A stretch of 20,000 nucleotides of DNA. It comes from an uncultured virus (IMG/VR IMGVR_UViG_3300037419_002733). Its lineage: Duplodnaviria; Heunggongvirae; Uroviricota; Caudoviricetes. Of this stretch, positions 16,503 through 20,000 are shown one piece after another. Numbering within the stretch: position 1 is the first letter of the stretch; every line of letters begins with the position of its first letter. The notes beneath the pieces were generated by a model that saw only the letters and a program-made list of their open reading frames with translations, did no database searches and was not told the origin of the DNA. The stretch lies in IMG/VR virus record IMGVR_UViG_3300037419_002733; one strand, 5' to 3'. The position numbers were made by a program, and so were the translations under genes.

Positions 16503-17012
16503 ATGCCCGTCATACCGCCCTTCAGCCAGTGGCTCATCGCCAAAGCCATCCAAACCGATCTTTACACCTATTTCGTCACCGAAGAATATGCATATATACT
16601 CACTAATAACAAAGACCAGGTGTTCACGGCAGTCCCCCACAAATCCAGGACCCAGAAGTTCCAGGCGATCAGGGACGCAACCGTGAACACCAAGACATTC
16701 TACTTCCGCCACTTGGGGTTCCCTCACCCCGACGAACCGGAGAACTACCTCCAACTCCTCCTCACTTACAATGAGCAAACCTACACGAACGTCGTCCGCG
16801 TCTTCACGAGGAGTAAACCCAACCACCTAGGACCAACCAACCGGTTCGAATTCGCCGCTGGATCACTCTCTCGCGACCATAGACTCCTCCAGGAATTCTT
16901 CGACCAATTCTATCCCCCAGCCCAAGAGCCAGAGGAAGTCGCCCAATTCAAGGAAACCAACAGGAAATCCCTCAGGAATATTATCGACAATTTCCGGACC
17001 CTAAACCCCTGA
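16503..17012 (+). CDS. Hypothetical protein, paralog array member
   Basis: TAAGGA stop+RBS. Starts MPVIPPFSQW, ends KETNRKSLRNIIDNFRTLNP*. Confidence 0.85.
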   Translation: MPVIPPFSQWLIAKAIQTDLYTYFVTEEYAYILTNNKDQVFTAVPHKSRTQKFQAIRDATVNTKTFYFRHLGFPHPDEPENYLQLLLTYNEQTYTNVVRVFTRSKPNHLGPTNRFEFAAGSLSRDHRLLQEFFDQFYPPAQEPEEVAQFKETNRKSLRNIIDNFRTLNP

Positions 17013-17064
17013 GACCAAATAAACTAAACCCACGCGGACTCGTCAACTAACAGGATCGACGAAA

Positions 17065-17559
17065 ATGCCACGCAAAAATTTTCCTGAGCTAGACCAATGG
17101 ATCGATGCCCAGACCGCTTACACCCCCGATAAACGATACATCGTCACCACCACCAGAGTATTCTGCATCGACCGGTTCTCGGGTGCCATCACCCAAAACA
17201 CAGTCTATAACTTCTCGTACCTTCGAATCAAGCAGGAAATCGACCTGAAAGAAGGTAAGCTCGACTGGAAACCGGCAAAATATCACAGGCTATTCGCCTC
17301 GAAGCCGAGACTCTTCGTCGCCATCCCCGACATCAATATCTCCAGCTACTTCGCACTCTATCACTTCTCACCCTACGAGACCGACCAACAACAAGCCCAT
17401 ATCCAGATCAAACTCCAAAAGGACCAAGTCGTCGCCACCGCCCAGAAGATATACGACAGCCTCATAGGTAAGCCGCCGCAAGATGACACCACAAACACCC
17501 AGATCCAACGCAAACAAGACCTCAAGAAAGCAATCAACCACTTCCGAACCAATTACTAG
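17065..17559 (+). CDS. Hypothetical protein, paralog array member
   Basis: AGGA RBS. Starts MPRKNFPELDQW, ends QIQRKQDLKKAINHFRTNY*. Confidence 0.85.
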   Translation: MPRKNFPELDQWIDAQTAYTPDKRYIVTTTRVFCIDRFSGAITQNTVYNFSYLRIKQEIDLKEGKLDWKPAKYHRLFASKPRLFVAIPDINISSYFALYHFSPYETDQQQAHIQIKLQKDQVVATAQKIYDSLIGKPPQDDTTNTQIQRKQDLKKAINHFRTNY

Positions 17560-17569
17560 GACCAACACA

Positions 17570-18094
17570 ATGCCCGTCCCACCACTCTACAACTGGACCC
17601 AAGCCTATTTCATCGTCACCCCCGGCAGCACCTTCATCATCACCGACAAATACCTCTACACCGTCAATCCCTTTATGAACAATATCGACCAAATCAAAAC
17701 CCTCCACGCCAGTTACGACAGGCACCAAGCCTATAACGACCTCGTCAACTATTACAAGCCGTCGCCCAATAACATCGACAGTATCCAGGCAATCGAACTC
17801 CCGCACCCCACCATCGAGAACGGGCAAATCCTCGCCTATCTCCTCTACAAGCCCCAGCGGGATAACCCCACACTCATCTCAAGACGATTCGACCCAAACA
17901 ACCTCGCCGCCACCCAGGTCATCGGAACCTACGAAAGATTCTCGATCCCCAACGCCTACTACGCATTCAAGCAAGCCTTCGATTCCCTCGAACCAACCAA
18001 GCATAAACATAAGCACAATCAAGACCAATACAAACAAGAAACCCTCAAGGCAATCCAAACCTTCAGGCAAAGCAACTCGATGCAAATCGAATGA
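17570..18094 (+). CDS. Hypothetical protein, paralog array member
   Basis: TAGGA stop+RBS before ATG17570. Starts MPVPPLYNW, ends DQYKQETLKAIQTFRQSNSMQIE*. Confidence 0.85.
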   Translation: MPVPPLYNWTQAYFIVTPGSTFIITDKYLYTVNPFMNNIDQIKTLHASYDRHQAYNDLVNYYKPSPNNIDSIQAIELPHPTIENGQILAYLLYKPQRDNPTLISRRFDPNNLAATQVIGTYERFSIPNAYYAFKQAFDSLEPTKHKHKHNQDQYKQETLKAIQTFRQSNSMQIE

Positions 18095-18139
18095 GTCGGA
18101 ACAAAATACATGATACACGCTACCGGAGAAAATAATCGA

Positions 18140-18682
18140 ATGAATGTACCCGAAATCCAAAATTGGGATTATGCCTACAAAATCCAAATCGAAGAAATTA
18201 CCTACATCACCTACGACTCCATCATCTTCACACTCCAACACCATCACCTCGAAAAAGCCGACAAGGGCAGCTACGCCTGCACCCTCTTCGACCAAATCGA
18301 CCACAAAAAAATAGAAAGCACACTCCTCTGGGAAACTATCAGGCACTATCAGACCACAAACCCAAATCACCCAGACCACTCACTCCACTTCTTCGCCACA
18401 CCACACAGCCATACACTCAAACTCTACGTACTCGATGTCCCGTTCCAATACAACCACGCGCAACACTTCACCTACAAAGACCTCAAACGCCCATTCAGAA
18501 CCTATACCTACTCCGATAATGTCCCAGCCGCACTCAAAGATGTCCAAAGAAGAACCGCACAATCCTGCAAGACCAAAGAAACACAACAGACCGAAATCAC
18601 CCAGAATCCACAAGACCTCAAACAACAAACCCAACTCCAAAACCTCAAATCCCAGGTCCATGACTTCAGAAGGAAATATTGA
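18140..18682 (+). CDS. Hypothetical protein, paralog array member
   Basis: GGAG RBS before ATG18140 (alternative start 18110). Starts MNVPEIQNW, ends QTQLQNLKSQVHDFRRKY*. Confidence 0.8.
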   Translation: MNVPEIQNWDYAYKIQIEEITYITYDSIIFTLQHHHLEKADKGSYACTLFDQIDHKKIESTLLWETIRHYQTTNPNHPDHSLHFFATPHSHTLKLYVLDVPFQYNHAQHFTYKDLKRPFRTYTYSDNVPAALKDVQRRTAQSCKTKETQQTEITQNPQDLKQQTQLQNLKSQVHDFRRKY

Positions 18683-19230
18683 TGTATACCACTATCCCCA
18701 AGAATCTCGCCCGCTGGGACCTCGCCTTCATCAAGCAGAATCAACAAGAAAATACAACCTATATCTCCACAATCGACGCCGTCTATACCATGAAAAATAA
18801 ACACCTCGTGGAAATCGACAGAAAAGAACACATCAATGACTCCCTCAAAAAAATCAACGAAAATATCAAGACCTCTTGGGAACCCGCGAAACACTATCAG
18901 ACCAAACATCCAAATCACACAGACCACTCTCTCCACTTCGTCATTACCACCTCCTCAACCCTAAAACCTAGACTCTATATCTGGGAAACCAAGAACGACA
19001 ACCAAATCCACTATAGAACCAAAGTCCAACTGCACCAATTACAATTCACAGCCAATGACACAACAAACATGAAAATAATGATAAAACTCGCACAGGATTC
19101 ATACGACTTACTCATCCCAAATAAACAACAAAATGAACAACAACAAACCCAACTCCAAAACCTCAAATCCTATATCCAAAACTTCAGAAGGAAAAACGAA
19201 ATGATCTCCGAACCCAATGCCCCAGGCTAG
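18682..19230 (+). CDS. Hypothetical protein, paralog array member and closest paralog of the preceding gene
   Basis: TGATG stop/start overlap with AGGA RBS. Shares the HYQT.HPNH.DHSLHF and QTQLQNLKS....FRRK motifs with the upstream gene. Confidence 0.85.
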   Translation: MYTTIPKNLARWDLAFIKQNQQENTTYISTIDAVYTMKNKHLVEIDRKEHINDSLKKINENIKTSWEPAKHYQTKHPNHTDHSLHFVITTSSTLKPRLYIWETKNDNQIHYRTKVQLHQLQFTANDTTNMKIMIKLAQDSYDLLIPNKQQNEQQQTQLQNLKSYIQNFRRKNEMISEPNAPG

Positions 19231-19475
19231 GATGCCCAGGAAGGCTCCCAGAAGCCCCGTGACGCGATCCGGACAGGTAAAACGACGAATCCCCCGTACC
19301 CATGATAGAAGTCTCGTAGAGGGCGTTTATGGAGGAAAGACGATGAAGCCCTAATCGATGCCGCGTTCAACGCCTACGAACAAGCCGTCGTCAGCCACAT
19401 GACCAAACAGGTGAAGGACGACTGTCAGGAAATCCAAAGAAAAATCAATAAGTCACTTACGGAAGGATATGTCCT

Positions 19476-19682
19476 GTGACAGAAGCACAAGAACATGAAT
19501 TAGAACAACTCAAGAACATCCCAGCATTCAAGGCAATCGTCGACCAATACCAAGGCATACTCCATAGCACCAAGGACTATCTCCCTAGCGAAGGATACGA
19601 ACTCCTCGAATACTCAATCTATAAGATGCTCTACCAGGTGGGAGTGCAGACGCTCGAAGACCTATACATCCTGTACAACTAA
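19476..19682 (+). CDS. Small hypothetical protein
   Basis: GTG start with AAGGA RBS. 68 aa, helical character. Confidence 0.55.
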   Translation: MTEAQEHELEQLKNIPAFKAIVDQYQGILHSTKDYLPSEGYELLEYSIYKMLYQVGVQTLEDLYILYN

Positions 19683-19763
19683 AGCCGCAATCTCGTCGGC
19701 GAACACTATCGAGATCGCCGACAAGAGACTCTGATCGAGTTTTAGACCCTAAAACAACAACAA

Positions 19764-19798
19764 TTGACCTAGACACCAAATAAGACTTATGCTAGAAT
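19764..19798 (+). promoter_or_regulatory. Sigma70-type promoter
   Basis: TAGACA (19770-19775), 17 nt, TAGAAT (19793-19798) with extended TG. Alternative: TTGACC (19764), 18 nt, TATGCT. Confidence 0.5.
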
Positions 19799-19803
19799 TA
19801 AAC

Positions 19804-19845
19804 CATGACTTGGGGAGGCTGAAATAAATGTCTCCCCAAGTCATG
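19804..19845 (+). repeat. 14-bp perfect inverted repeat / strong hairpin at the predicted transcript 5' end
   Basis: CATGACTTGGGGAG (19804-19817) / CTCCCCAAGTCATG (19832-19845). Confidence 0.75.
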
Positions 19846-19937
19846 AATCATGCAAGACTCAATTATACCTGAGGTCTACAGCACACAACGTATAATCAGT
19901 CGCACAAAACTAACCACATAACAGAAATCAACCAACC

Positions 19938-20000
19938 ATGGCAAACGATAAAGACAACAACCTCAAGCCCGCGTGCCTCAAGAGTACCAACCTCAGGTTC
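19938..20000 (+). CDS. Possible start of a CDS running off the window
   Basis: ATG19938 is open to the window end (MANDKDNNLKPACLKSTNLRF). Confidence 0.35.
   Translation, partial: MANDKDNNLKPACLKSTNLRF

Noticed and set aside
10566..19230. Integron cassette array or cas/anti-CRISPR operon
   Set aside because: No attC-like inverted repeats or integrase, and intergenic gaps are mostly ~10 nt. No recognisable Cas motifs or Aca HTH. An anti-defence role remains only a hypothesis.
19227..19479. CTAG(A/G)ATGCCC..CCCAGAA motif shared with 11522, and a start-less coding-like frame (DDEALIDAAFNAYEQ...)
   Set aside because: The similarity is too short to call a repeat element. The frame has no start codon ahead of that segment, so it is not reported as a gene.

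Overview
Gene-dense window, almost all on the + strand and mostly hypothetical proteins. It looks like an accessory region of a large bacteriophage or prophage; this is inference, since no structural or replication genes are present. Left half: a partial Cys-rich protein, two coiled-coil hypotheticals, a hairpin resembling an IS200/IS605 (TnpB omegaRNA) right end, a promoter-driven ~385-nt candidate structured ncRNA, two proteins with 22-aa 'HREDGPA' repeats (one Tat-signal-like, one frameshifted) and a DUF1963/YwqG-like protein. Centre: a CRISPR array with no cas genes in the window (13 x 36-bp repeats, own promoter and leader). Its degenerate 14th repeat keeps the hairpin through compensatory changes and lies inside the 3' end of a convergent Dam-like adenine methyltransferase gene. 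Right half (9.9-19.2 kb): a tandem array of 14 very divergent paralog-like genes. All have an early Trp, mostly as 'MP...W', and 11 end in the same C-terminal amphipathic helix ('..K..L..AI..FR..'), suggesting diversified cargo with a common docking or targeting tag.
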